Shown here: in pieces, positions 1-12,956 of the stretch
Layout: each line of letters opens with the position of its first letter
Numbering within the stretch: position 1 is the stretch's first letter
Notes under the pieces: model-generated
Told to the model about the DNA's origin: nothing
The model's input: the letters and a program-made list of their open reading frames with translations, nothing else
The model's database searches: none
Program-made: the position numbers and the translations under genes
DNA from: an uncultured Planctomycetaceae bacterium
GTDB lineage: Bacteria > Planctomycetota > Planctomycetia > Pirellulales > PALSA-1355
DNA: 64,000 nt
Direction: 5' to 3'
Assembly (NCBI GenBank): GCA_963785305.1
Contig: CAWAUV010000007.1
Location: 1,408,001 to 1,472,000 of the forward strand

Positions 1-374
1 TTCAGCACTCCGCACAGGGACTTGCCATCCATCGCGACGGCGGACAACTTTGCCTCATCCACAACCTCGCCCAGTTGCGACTCGACCCATTCTCGCACGC
101 ACTGCTCTAAAATCACGGGGTCGAGGGCCAGGATCAGATCACGGAAGGCATTGGCGCAAGGAGGCTTGCGCCAATAGCCCAGCAACCACCAGATTTTTCG
201 GTCCTGCGACGCGATCCAATCGGCGATCGCCTTGTAACCTCGGTGGCCGCAAAGGATTCCGCAAACCACGGTGGCCATCATGGCCGAGAGCGAAAAGCGT
301 CGCCCCCGCCGCCCACGAGGATCGGGAATCCGCGACAAGAAATCGAGCAGACTCGTTGCTTCGGCAGTCGCCAT
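1..374 (-). CDS. ISAs1-family transposase, N-terminal part
   Basis: Translated by hand (not in the ORF track): MATAEATSLLDFLSRIPDPRGRRGRRFSLSAMMATVVCGILCGHRGYKAIADW...AVAMDGKSLCG. It has the PDPR..RGRR and DGK motifs typical of ISAs1. Confidence 0.85.
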   Translation of the reverse strand, partial: MATAEATSLLDFLSRIPDPRGRRGRRFSLSAMMATVVCGILCGHRGYKAIADWIASQDRKIWWLLGYWRKPPCANAFRDLILALDPVILEQCVREWVESQLGEVVDEAKLSAVAMDGKSLCGVL

Positions 375-469
375 GCAAGCATCTCCAGCAGAATAAAGGT
401 GAGTGGACGCACGTACACACTCATCCTACGCGGGAGACTTCCGCTAGACTAGAACAATGATTGGCCCTG
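1..469 (-). mobile_element. ISAs1-family insertion sequence (one end; continues off the window)
   Basis: Transposase N-terminus on the minus strand, plus a CAGGGCCAATCATTG end motif (455-469, minus strand) resembling the CAGGG-starting ISAs1 terminal repeats. Confidence 0.75.
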
Positions 470-558
470 GAATCGCGTCGTTCTCGCTTTACATTCGCGC
501 CGCGCCGAGAGATAACGAAGGAAGGTCCCGGCTTGCTTTGTCTTAAGGAATCGGATCG

Positions 559-1719
559 ATGAATGCACTGGTGCTGATGATCGCCGCGTCGACCGTGGGA
601 ATCGATGTGGGCTGGGTGCCGCTGCCCGAGGGTGGCGTGGAATACATCCTGCAGATCGAACCCGATTTGGTCGACACGCTGCTCAAGAAACAAGACCTGC
701 TGAGCACGATTCCCGCGGGCCTCGATGTGCGGAGTTTTCGCGTGACCGTGGGCTCCGGCAAGCTTCCTCGCCAAAACGCGGCCGGCGCCGCCGCGCCCAC
801 GGCGGCTGGAGCTGGCGCCGCGGCGGCGAGCGCGCCGCCAGCAACCGGCTTGCCGCCCGGAATGACGCCGCCAGTTTCAGCGACTCCGGCCGGTCCAACC
901 GCGCCCGGCGGCTCGATGCCGGCAACCATAGCGCCTGGGTCCGTGATTCCACTGGGTCCGCCGCCCGGCAACGGCGCGCCCGCGGGTAGCCCGCGCGGCG
1001 GTCCGGGGCCAAGCAACCCGAGCGCGCCCAATGGCCCGAATGGTCCGGCGCCCACGACCGACTTTCCGCTCGGCGCCGCTTCGGCGGCGGGTGGCGCTTT
1101 GGCCGGCGCGGCGACGGGCGCGAACAATGGCGCCGGCCCAAGTCTCGACTCGGCCACGGGTCCGCTGGGCAAAAAGGAACGCGACGCGGTCAGCCGCGCC
1201 CTTGATGACCCCAACGCCCCGGGCCGCTCGCTCGCGGGCGACAACACCTCGCAGCCACATCTCACGCCCGGCGAAATGGCGACACGCGGCCGCGATGGCG
1301 ATCTCAATGCGATGGGCGCCGGCTCGATGTTGGCGTCGGCCCACGAAGCCAATCGGCCTTCGGAGTTCGATCGTGGCCTGAATGCCACGACGCCGCAGTT
1401 TCCCAACAATTTCGCCCCGAGCGGCAACAATTTCGGCCCCAACCCGAACGGGCCGACGATGAACGGCCAGAATCTGAACAATGGCGCGGGCGGCCGCGGC
1501 TATAGCAATCCGGGCGAACGCGTCGACAATGGGAACATGGCATCGGCGACCCGGGCGCCGGAGCCGGTGGAAAAGCCCTGGCCGACTTTGATCTTCACCG
1601 TGACATTGCTCTTGGCGTCGGTGTCGCTGAACTTCTATCTCGGCTGGGTCGCCTATGATTCGCGTTTTCGATATCGCGAGCTCCTGGCCCAGTCGAGCGA
1701 CATGCCGCTGCCGGTGTAG
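559..1719 (+). CDS. hypothetical membrane-anchored protein with long Pro/Gly/Ala/Asn-rich region
   Basis: 386 aa ORF with AAGGA RBS, hydrophobic N-terminus, low-complexity middle and C-terminal TM helix (LIFTVTLLLASVSLNFYLGWVAY). Confidence 0.8.
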   Translation: MNALVLMIAASTVGIDVGWVPLPEGGVEYILQIEPDLVDTLLKKQDLLSTIPAGLDVRSFRVTVGSGKLPRQNAAGAAAPTAAGAGAAAASAPPATGLPPGMTPPVSATPAGPTAPGGSMPATIAPGSVIPLGPPPGNGAPAGSPRGGPGPSNPSAPNGPNGPAPTTDFPLGAASAAGGALAGAATGANNGAGPSLDSATGPLGKKERDAVSRALDDPNAPGRSLAGDNTSQPHLTPGEMATRGRDGDLNAMGAGSMLASAHEANRPSEFDRGLNATTPQFPNNFAPSGNNFGPNPNGPTMNGQNLNNGAGGRGYSNPGERVDNGNMASATRAPEPVEKPWPTLIFTVTLLLASVSLNFYLGWVAYDSRFRYRELLAQSSDMPLPV

Positions 1720-1805
1720 TTGCCGACACGTGCAGTTGCCGATACAAGTGGCCCGGCTCGGAACGGGAACCTGTTGCCCGCGACCTTAGCTTGTTGCCCG
1801 CGGCG

Positions 1806-2248
1806 TCACGGATCGCGGGTGGATTGGGTGTCGCCATCGGCGGGCCAAGCGAGTCCCTGGGCCACATTCCAGTTGTAAGTGCGCTCGAAAGCGCGGCAGA
1901 CCACGCTGGTTAGTTGATGTCGCGTGATCGGCTTCGAGAGCACCGAAAACGCCTCGGCCGACTGGGCCTCGCGAACAAGCACTTCGTCGAGGCCGGCCGA
2001 AAGCAAAATGCACGGCAGCCGGAGCCGCAGTTGCCTGACCCGCTGGATGGTTTCGAGCCCGGTGAGCCGCGGCATGTGCATATCGAGCAGCACGAGATGC
2101 ACATCCTGGCTCAAGATCACCTCGAGCGCTTCCTCGCCGTTTTCGGCCAAGAGCGTGCGAAATCCGCGCCCTCGAACACCGACCGCAGCGTCTCCCGAAA
2201 CTGACGGTCGTCGTCGGTAATCAGAATCGAGGGGTCGGCCAGTCGCAT
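1806..2248 (-). CDS. single-domain response regulator (REC), frameshift near 2170
   Basis: ILITDDD in one frame joins LVLLDMHMPRLTG...LSKP in another. Confidence 0.85.
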
Positions 2249-2351
2249 CGTAGCGCTCAACGAATGGGCAAGGGGGGAAATCAATCCGGCGACGCGGAAA
2301 ATCGACCGCATTAGCCGTTCTCGGCAAAGGTTCCCTTCGGAAAGACCATAT

Positions 2352-2368
2352 AGCAATTTTCGCGCCGA
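2352..2368 (-). promoter_or_regulatory. putative sigma54 (-24/-12) promoter
   Basis: Minus strand TCGGCGCGAAAATTGCT has exact GG-N10-GC spacing with TTGCT, about 100 nt upstream of the REC gene. Confidence 0.5.
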
Positions 2369-2601
2369 TCGTTTGCCAAGCCGGCGAATCGCACCGACGC
2401 TTGCTATTAAGTTCAATCGACAGAAAAGCTTATATCACACGAGCCCAAGTCAAGGAATACCGGCCAGCACTCTTGGGGCGAACGACGGGACCGGAGGGCG
2501 CCTGCCAAACAGGCAGCAACCCCTGAACGCCTGAAGTTCATCTTATTTCGGGCAAAATGCCTCCGCAACCGCTCGGCCCGCACTACTCGACGCCACGAGT
2601 T

Positions 2602-3618
2602 TCAGGCTCCGGCCATGTGCTCCATCGCGTAGTGCGCCCGAATCGATTGAAATTCGTCCTCGACCGCCAGAAAAGCATCGACCACGTCGGGGTCGAAGTG
2701 GCTTCCCGAGCCGTTCAGAATAATGTCGCGCGCCGTGCGGTGCGAAAAGGCGTCTTTGTACGACCGCTTCGAGGTGAGCGCGTCGTAAACATCGGCCACG
2801 GCCACGATTCTGCCGCAGAGCGGAATATCCTGCCCAGCCAAGCCCAGCGGGTAGCCGCTGCCATCGAATTTTTCGTGGTGCGTGGCGGCGATGTTGCATG
2901 CCATGCGCAAGAATGTCGCCTCGGGATATTCCTCGAGCGCTTCGCCCAGGGTTCGGGCGCCGAGCACCGTGTGCTGCTTCATGATCTCGAACTCCTCGGG
3001 CGTGAGCCGGCCCGGCTTCAAGAGCACACTGTCGGGCACGCCCACTTTGCCGATATCGTGGAGCGGGCTGGTGAGGTAAATGAGCTTGATGAACTTGGCG
3101 TCGATCTGGCCAGCGAACTTCGGCAGCTTGGAAAGTTCCTTGGCGAGCAACTGCGAGTAAGAGCGCACCCGTTCGAGATGGGCGCCGGTGTCGGCGTCGC
3201 GCGATTCGGCGAGTTTGGCCATCGCGAAAATCGCCATGTCCCGAGTTTCCAGCGAGAGCACTCGCTCGCCGGCCCGGATGCGAACCAAGAGCTCTTGCGG
3301 ATCGAACGGTTTGGTGATGAAGTCATCGGCGCCGGCCGACATGCCTTCGACGATCTTTTGCTTGCCGTCGTGGCTCGTGAGCAGGATCACATAGACATAG
3401 CCCGATGACTCTCCATCGCGCAGCCGCTTGCAAAGCTCGATGCCGTCGACCTCGGGCATGTCCCAGTCCGAGATGACCATGCGACAGGGCTCGGTGGCGA
3501 GCACATCGAGGCGCTTCGCGCCGTCGTTGGCGGTGATCACTTCGTGGCCCGCGGCGGCCAGGGTGTTCGCCAGCAATTCGAGCGAGATTTCGTCGTCGTC
3601 GACAATGAGAATTTTCAT
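2602..3618 (-). CDS. REC-HD-GYP response regulator (c-di-GMP phosphodiesterase)
   Basis: N-terminal REC (ILIVDDD, SDWDMP), then LHDIGK and HHEKFDGSGYP motifs. Confidence 0.95.
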   Translation of the reverse strand: MKILIVDDDEISLELLANTLAAAGHEVITANDGAKRLDVLATEPCRMVISDWDMPEVDGIELCKRLRDGESSGYVYVILLTSHDGKQKIVEGMSAGADDFITKPFDPQELLVRIRAGERVLSLETRDMAIFAMAKLAESRDADTGAHLERVRSYSQLLAKELSKLPKFAGQIDAKFIKLIYLTSPLHDIGKVGVPDSVLLKPGRLTPEEFEIMKQHTVLGARTLGEALEEYPEATFLRMACNIAATHHEKFDGSGYPLGLAGQDIPLCGRIVAVADVYDALTSKRSYKDAFSHRTARDIILNGSGSHFDPDVVDAFLAVEDEFQSIRAHYAMEHMAGA

Positions 3619-3713
3619 GGGCTTTTATGATCTAGTTGCCGGCAGCCGCGGCTGCTTTCATGGGTTCTATTGGGTCACGCGCCGTATCAAGGCGCCCTGG
3701 GGGCCAAATTTCC

Positions 3714-6375
<2,662 letters not shown>

Positions 6376-6727
6376 GCGAAAACCCGAACCTTCCGCGCAA
6401 GAGGGCCAAATGCATCGCGCGAAGTCGATGCATTCTCGATAAACCAACGCATTCGCGCTTCGCGACGTGCTTCCACCTAAAGCACGGCCCGACGCCAATG
6501 GCAGCAATTTGAGAAACAATGAACCCTAGCACGTGGCAAAAAACGGCACGCGTTCGACGCCCCGCACAAGGTCGTGAAAACGACGAAATCGGAGAATAAC
6601 AATAGCGGCTATGCACATTCGCCCGACTTTATCGCCGTCGGCGCCGCGAATCGTGATCCGCCTTATCCGACTTCGCCGTGCGCGATAATACAGCCCTTGC
6701 CCCGTGCCGGAATAATCCGTGGGATCG

Positions 6728-7798
6728 TTAGGGTTGGGCGTCGCGGGCGCAGCGAAATCCGATATCCTCGCGCGCCACGCCTGGCGCCAAGTGATCGCGC
6801 ATGCACCTTGAGCCCGCGGCTCGAGTTCTCCGGCGCTCAGCCAGGATCCGCCGCGTAGAGCTGCGCGCCTCGCCCTGGGCCGGACCGCGCGGATTGCGCG
6901 TCGGCGCGTATTGATAATAGTCGGAGGCGTGCCAATCGGCGCACCATTCCCACACATTGCCGGCCATGTCGTGCAAACCGAATCGATTGGCGCGAAACCA
7001 GCGCACCGGCGCGACTCCGGTAAATCCATCGCTCCCCAAATCACGATCGGGAAACCAGCCTTGCCAGTAGTTGGCTTCGTAGCGGCCCTCGGTTCGCAGG
7101 TCCCGGCCCCAGGGATAATCGGCATCGGCGAGCCCGCCCGCGGCGGCGCATTCCCATTCGGCCTCGGTCGGCAGCCGCTTGCCCCGCCACTTGGCGAAAG
7201 CCTGGGCATCGCTCCAAGAGACTTGCGTCACGGGTTCGTCGAGGGCGGCCGTGTCATGACCGTTGGGCATGCGCCATGAAGCGCCCCGCGTGGGCCGCCA
7301 ATGACGCGCCGCGCCATCGAAGACCCACGAATAACCCGCGCGCTCGGCGGTGGTGGCATATCCGGTCGCGGCGACAAAGCGCGAATATTCGCTCCGAGTG
7401 ACTTCATGCACGTCGATCCAGAAGCGATCGAGTTCCGTTTCATGGCGGGGCCATTCGTCGTCGGCGCCGAGCGACGCGCCCATCCAGAATCGACCGCCGG
7501 AGATCAACACCATGTCGTCGGGAGTATTTTCGTCGTCCTTGGCGCCGGAAAAGTCGCGGTTATCGAGCGGCGCGGCGTCGGAAGAGGACGGGGATCGACG
7601 CTCGCCGCGGCCCAAGTTGAGCAGCGCGGGCGAGATTCGAAGCCGCGATTCGCCCGAAAAGCGAGGTCCTTGCAAGGTCCAAAGCAGCCCGGCGCCGGCC
7701 AAGGCCATGAACGCGACGAAGCCGATCCGCGGGCCGACGAAGCGACGGCGAGCGCGGGCAGGTTTTCCAAACACACGCGGCGCCGGTTGACCCATCAT
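6728..7798 (-). CDS. formylglycine-generating enzyme (SUMF1/FGE-sulfatase) family protein, membrane-anchored
   Basis: RLPTEAEWE, FGLHDMAGNVWEWC and IGFRC motifs; RGGSWL in a locally shifted frame; N-terminal TM helix. Confidence 0.9.
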   Translation of the reverse strand: MMGQPAPRVFGKPARARRRFVGPRIGFVAFMALAGAGLLWTLQGPRFSGESRLRISPALLNLGRGERRSPSSSDAAPLDNRDFSGAKDDENTPDDMVLISGGRFWMGASLGADDEWPRHETELDRFWIDVHEVTRSEYSRFVAATGYATTAERAGYSWVFDGAARHWRPTRGASWRMPNGHDTAALDEPVTQVSWSDAQAFAKWRGKRLPTEAEWECAAAGGLADADYPWGRDLRTEGRYEANYWQGWFPDRDLGSDGFTGVAPVRWFRANRFGLHDMAGNVWEWCADWHASDYYQYAPTRNPRGPAQGEARSSTRRILAERRRTRAAGSRCMRDHLAPGVAREDIGFRCARDAQP

Positions 7799-7877
7799 GG
7801 CGAAGCTTCCTTGCTCGCGATGTCATCGTGTTCAAGCGACCCGGCCCCAGTTTCGCGGAGCGGACGAGCCCCGGGCC

Positions 7878-8748
7878 TTATCCTCGGCGGCGTTGAAAGC
7901 GGCGGCTGGCCTGCTCCAGGGTCAAGCGTTCTTTTTTCGTCAGGCTGGCTTCGCCCGAGCGGCTGATCTTGGCCAGGATTTCGTCGACATGTTTGCGCAG
8001 GTCGTGGTCGTCCATCGGCTCGTCGGCATCGGGCTCATGGACGCGCAGCTTCGGGCCAAGGCGCCCTTGGAAGACCGCCCACTTCCGCGGCGGCAGCCAG
8101 CGGCCGAGGTTCAAGCGGCCGCGCCAGTAGACAAAGGCCCACGCCGCGCCGGCCAGATGCTGCGCCATGCGCCGTGTGGTCGCCGGGATTGGCGTTCAAG
8201 GCGCCGGAGAGGTCCATGACCAGGAACAGCACCCCCAGGGCCCAGGCCGGCATGGGAATGAATCCCATGAGTAAAATGCGGCGCTGCGGAAAGTTGAGCA
8301 CGAACAACATCACCACGGTCAAAATGCCGGCCGACGCGCCGAGCATCGGCGGGCCGTCTTGATGTCCGAACACAAGGCTGGGAATCACGAACGCCAAGCC
8401 GCCCAGTGCCACGCCCACCAGATAAAGCCGCAGAAATTCCATGCGGCCATACAGCGCCTCGATATCGACGCCAAAACACCACAGGCCGATCATGTTGAAC
8501 ACAAGATGCTGCAACCGGTGCGGATCGTGGGCGAATCCATAGCTCAGAAGCTCATAGAGCTTCCAAGGCTGGCGGAACACGTCGGGCGAGAGCTCCATCC
8601 AGTCGAAGAGCGACCGACCGAAAAACTGATTGCCTAGCAGCAGATTGGCCACATACGCGCCGACATTGATCAGGATCAGCGTCGCCACCATGCTGAGCGA
8701 GCCGGCCGCGCCCTCGGGGCGATAATAGTCGCGATCTTGGATGCCCAT
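7878..8748 (-). CDS. rhomboid-family intramembrane serine protease with C-terminal extension, frameshift near 8165
   Basis: MGIQDRDY start, HLVFNM, LGASAG catalytic Ser and AHLAGA His; C-terminal VDEILAKISRSGEASLT. Confidence 0.9.
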
Positions 8749-8954
8749 GGAAGAATGCCGTCAAAAAAAATGAAGAACGGCCGGGACGCTCGAATCCACG
8801 CAGCAGCGTCGACTCCCCAGCGCCCCGCCCAGCACCCTATCTTAGGGTCCGGGGGCCGGCGGGTGGAGAGCGAAATTTCGCGGGGTCAAGCCACCCGCGC
8901 CGCTTCCGGGGCCGCAACTCGACCAATTCGCCCCAGTCTACCTCCGCGCTCCGA

Positions 8955-10073
8955 TCAGGGCGCCGCGGGCAGGGCGGCCTGTTCGCGACCCATTTGCAGA
9001 TCGATTTTTTCCGCGGCGTCGAGCTGCATTTTCGTGACGCTGGCGGCGGCGGCGCGCGTGGCCATGTACACCGCCTTCAATTCATTGCGCGCCACATCGA
9101 CCTGGGCGCGAAGTTGCTTCACGTAAACAGTGATCGCCTCTGCCTCGCGCGTGAAATTCTTGAGGTCCGATTCGAGATCGGCTTTTTCCTGCTCGCGATA
9201 CTTAACCTCCTCGGCCGCCTTGGCGGTGGCGCCTTCGACGCGAGGGATGTTCTCCTTGATGTCGACGATCTCCGCCTCGGTCAGCACGCGCCGCTGATTG
9301 TATTCGTGAAAGAGGTACTGGTAGTTACGCGGCTTGCGGTTCGCGTCGGCCATGGCCTCGATCGACTCTTTGGGCAGCATCGCCCGGCGCTCCTCGTCGC
9401 TGATCTCGGCGAGCGCCGCGGGATCGTCGATCGGCATGGTCTGGAAAATGGTCCAATCGCCCTTGCTATCCGCCAAATGCCGCAGATCCGAGGCGTCCAT
9501 CGGCAAGTTCGGCGCCAAGCCCACGGTCTTGCCCTTATCCGCCCGCGTGACTTTGAATTCGCCCAGATATTGGGCGCCATCAAACACGAACACGACCATT
9601 TTCTCCACGAGTCCATGCGGCTCGGGGCTGTTGATACTCAGGCTCACGGTTCCGTCGGCCGCTTTGATATTATTCACTTGCAAGTCGCGCCACGAGCCGC
9701 CACGCTCGCCGGCCAGCGCCCGCAATTGCAATTCGAGCTCGCGAATGCTTGGGCCCTTATATTCGGAACCCGGCGGCGAGTCGGCGGTGCGTCCGACCGG
9801 CTTGGCGCCAGACGACAGGAAATCGCCGTCGCTCACCTTGCGAATTTGGAGGTCGAGGCTCTCGATCTCTTTTTCCTCGGCTTTCGCCAGGGTGCGCCAA
9901 GCTTGATGCGTCTTGAGAGTGCGCGCGGCGAGATACGCGAAATAGATCGATATGCAGAACACAAAGAACATAATGACGATGTTGTAGATCCGCGTCGTCT
10001 TGTAACTCAAGAACGCGGCGACGAGGGCGATGACAATCGCCGCGAGCAGACCAATCTGGACGAACGTGCCCAT
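8955..10073 (-). CDS. hypothetical protein, two N-terminal TM helices and coiled-coil segments
   Basis: Long ORF with coding-like composition; hydrophobic N-terminus and a charged helical C-terminus. Confidence 0.75.
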   Translation of the reverse strand: MGTFVQIGLLAAIVIALVAAFLSYKTTRIYNIVIMFFVFCISIYFAYLAARTLKTHQAWRTLAKAEEKEIESLDLQIRKVSDGDFLSSGAKPVGRTADSPPGSEYKGPSIRELELQLRALAGERGGSWRDLQVNNIKAADGTVSLSINSPEPHGLVEKMVVFVFDGAQYLGEFKVTRADKGKTVGLAPNLPMDASDLRHLADSKGDWTIFQTMPIDDPAALAEISDEERRAMLPKESIEAMADANRKPRNYQYLFHEYNQRRVLTEAEIVDIKENIPRVEGATAKAAEEVKYREQEKADLESDLKNFTREAEAITVYVKQLRAQVDVARNELKAVYMATRAAAASVTKMQLDAAEKIDLQMGREQAALPAAP

Positions 10074-10313
10074 AGACCTCGATCGGGGGCGAACGCGCCG
10101 CGGCGGCCGAAAATCAGCCTTCGCAAGCGTCGCGCCGCTGGATCCGCGCCAGCAAACAGAGGAAAAGACGATAAAAGTGCGACGCCCTCGGGCGCCGAAC
10201 AGGGGTCGAAACACGGTGTCCGACCGGCCCAAGGCGACTCCTCGATCATAAGTAGAGCCCCGGGGGGCGTCAAGTTTTACGCCGCCTGCCCAAACCGGCG
10301 CCGCTCAAGGGCC

Positions 10314-11521
10314 TCACGACCCGAGTAATCCGTCGGACCGAGCCCGGTCCAGCGCCTCAGTTAGCCCCGCCACCATCGCCCGGGTGTGGTCGTAGCAGAG
10401 GCTAATCCTAAGCAGCGACTCGCCCACGGGCACCGAGGGCGGACGAATGCCCGGCACGAGAAACCCCGTCTCGGCGAGCCGGCGGGCGATTCGCATCGTG
10501 GCCCCGGCCTCGCCGACCACCAGCGGAATGATCGGACCCGCGGAGTCGAGCAGTCGCCAGCCCGCGGCCCGGAGCGAGGCGCGCAGCTCCGCGGCCCGGG
10601 CAAGCAGCGCGCGCCGCCGCTCGGGCTCCGTCTCGATGATCTCGAGCGCCGCGAGCGCCGCGGCGGCTAGTGGCGGCGCGAGCGCGGTCGAAAACACATA
10701 GGGCCGGGCGCGGTTGATGATCCAGTCGATGAGCAGGCGTTGGCCCACGACAAACCCGCCCTGGGCGCCGAGACTCTTGCTGAGCGTGCCGACGCGAACA
10801 TCGATCCGCCGCTCGACACCCAGCAGCTCGCAAGCTCCGCGTCCGCCGGCGCCAAACACGCCGGCGCCATGCGCGTCGTCGACAAGCGTCATGCAGTCGT
10901 GGCGCTCGGCCAAGCGCGCGAGATGATCGAGCGGCGCGAGATCGCCGTCCATGCTGAATACGCCATCGGTCACGATCAGCCTTCGGCCCGCGCGCGAGGA
11001 TTGCTCCGCCAGCAGCCGCCTTAGGGCGCGCCAGTCGCAGTGGGGATAGATCACCACCTCGGCGCGCGAGAGGCGGCAGCCATCGATCAGACTGGCGTGG
11101 TTCTTGCGATCGCTATAGATCACATCGCCCGGGCCGACGAGCGACGTGATCGCCCCGATATTGGCGGCATAGCCCGAGGGAAAGAGGATCGCGCGTTCGG
11201 CATGTTCGAATTCCGCCAGGCGCCGCTCGAGCCGGTCGTGGTGGGCGCCGTGGCCGGTCACGAGCGGACTCGCTCCGGCGCCGCAACCGGCCACTTCGAG
11301 CGCTTGCGCGCGGCGGCGATCAGTCGCGGATCGGCGGCCAGCGAGAGATAGTCGTTCGAGCCGAAGTTGACGAGCCGGCGGCCATCGATCGTAAGCTCGG
11401 CTTGTTGCGGGCCTTCATGTGTGCGCAGCGTGCGGCGCAGGTCGGCCTCGTCGAGCGACCGGAAGGCGCCTGCGAGCCAAGCGAGTCGCCGCGATGCGGA
11501 GTTCGAGTCGTCGCCGCGCAT
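10314..11521 (-). CDS. bioF: 8-amino-7-oxononanoate synthase, frameshift near 11300
   Basis: NFGSNDYLSLA, SGYAAN, NHASLIDG, DGVFSMDGD, DDAHG, GTLSKSLG and IRPPSVP motifs. Confidence 0.93.
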
Positions 11522-12116
11522 AGCCGAGTCCGCCGTCAGGACCGTGCCGAGCGCTGGCCGCGCCCCGCACAGCCGCTTTTTGCTTGGCGACTTTCTGCTT
11601 AACGGACTTTGGCAAGGGGGCTTTTTGCGATTGGCCGTTCGACGCATGGGCCAAGGATAGAATAATGTCGAACTCCTTGGCCGCCACCGGTTGCACACTC
11701 AAGCGCGAGCCGCGCTTGAGCAACTCCATCGATTCGAGCCCCTTCACGCCGCGGAGCGCCTCGAGCGGCAGCGGCCGGCTAAACGCCTCGACATAGCGAA
11801 TGTCGACCATTTGCCAGATCGGATTCTCGGGCGACGACTTGGGGTCGAAGTGATCGTCGGCCGGGTCCAAGGCCGTGTGGTCGGGATACGCTTCGCGCGA
11901 CACCACGGCCCGGCCCACGATCGCCGGCGGCTCGGCGTTGGAGTGATAATAGAGCACCTCGTCGCCGAGCTTCATGCCGTCGCGCATGAAGTTTCGCGCT
12001 TGGTAGTTGCGCACACCGCTCCAGCAGGTCGCGCCACCGGGCGCGGCGGCGAGATCGGCGATCGAAAAGCAGTCGGGCTCCGATTTCACGAGCCAGCAAT
12101 GTCGTGGTCGGCCCAT
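11415..12116 (-). CDS. EVE domain protein with basic C-terminal tail
   Basis: WLVKSEP, WSGVRNYQARNFMR, YYHSN and RLSVQPV are canonical EVE motifs. Confidence 0.93.
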   Translation of the reverse strand: MGRPRHCWLVKSEPDCFSIADLAAAPGGATCWSGVRNYQARNFMRDGMKLGDEVLYYHSNAEPPAIVGRAVVSREAYPDHTALDPADDHFDPKSSPENPIWQMVDIRYVEAFSRPLPLEALRGVKGLESMELLKRGSRLSVQPVAAKEFDIILSLAHASNGQSQKAPLPKSVKQKVAKQKAAVRGAASARHGPDGGLGYARRRLELRIAATRLARRRLPVARRGRPAPHAAHT

Positions 12117-12169
12117 GCTCGCAAAACCCTCGCACGAAAAATGTCTCGACGATTCTTATGCGCCGACGA

Positions 12170-12370
12170 CTACTTGCTCTTCTTCGACGCTTTCTTCTTG
12201 TTGCTTGCCTTGGCGGCCGATTTGTTCGACTTGCCCGGCCCGCTCGTGGCGGCGACGGTCGACTTCTTGCCGCTCGGCGCGCTGGCGGCTTTCTTCTTGC
12301 CGCTCTTGCCGAAAACCGATTCCCAACCGTTGGCGTATTTCTGATTGGTTCCCACTCGAACGATCGTCAC
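12170..12370 (-). CDS. small Lys/Ala/Ser-rich basic protein (66 aa)
   Basis: GTG start after AAGGA; MTIVRVGTNQKYANGWESVFGKSGKKKAASAPSGKK...KKKASKKSK. Confidence 0.7.
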   Translation of the reverse strand: MTIVRVGTNQKYANGWESVFGKSGKKKAASAPSGKKSTVAATSGPGKSNKSAAKASNKKKASKKSK

Positions 12371-12956
12371 AGGGCCATCCTTCACAAATAGAAAAACTGT
12401 TCGCCAAGCCACGCGCGGCCCGCGAGGGGCCGACCGCCGCGAATGTTCGCCGGCTCGGCGCGGTTCAGACAAGCGGCGGCGAAAATGCATTAGAGCCAAA
12501 CCGCCGAACCGGTCAAGCGCCCAGCCGCGAGTTTTTCGCAGCGGCGGTAACGCGCCTCGCACGTCATTGCTGCCCCATCGTCGTTCCGCATCTCCGAAGC
12601 GGCGCAGTCCCCGCGAAAAATCGCGGGAGGAATAGCGATGGCTCATTGCGGCAAAGATGAATCGCGATATCTTCCGCGAGAGCTCGGCCAGCGTGGCCAA
12701 GAAGTTTTATCAAGGATTGGACAGCAATGTGAATGCCGTGAAATAATCGGCGAGCCAGCATTAAGCACATATCGCGATGAAATGCGGCTCGGCAATTACG
12801 CCCAGGCGTCGCGGCGTCGAGAATGTCGACTTCGATGCGGTGACGGCGCGCGACAAGCAAGAGCTCAAGGAGCGTTTGACGCGCGCTTGCCAAAAAAACG
12901 CTCCTCCCGTTCCGCCGAACGGCCGGGCACCGCTTTAACCATTTCCGAGGACGCCG

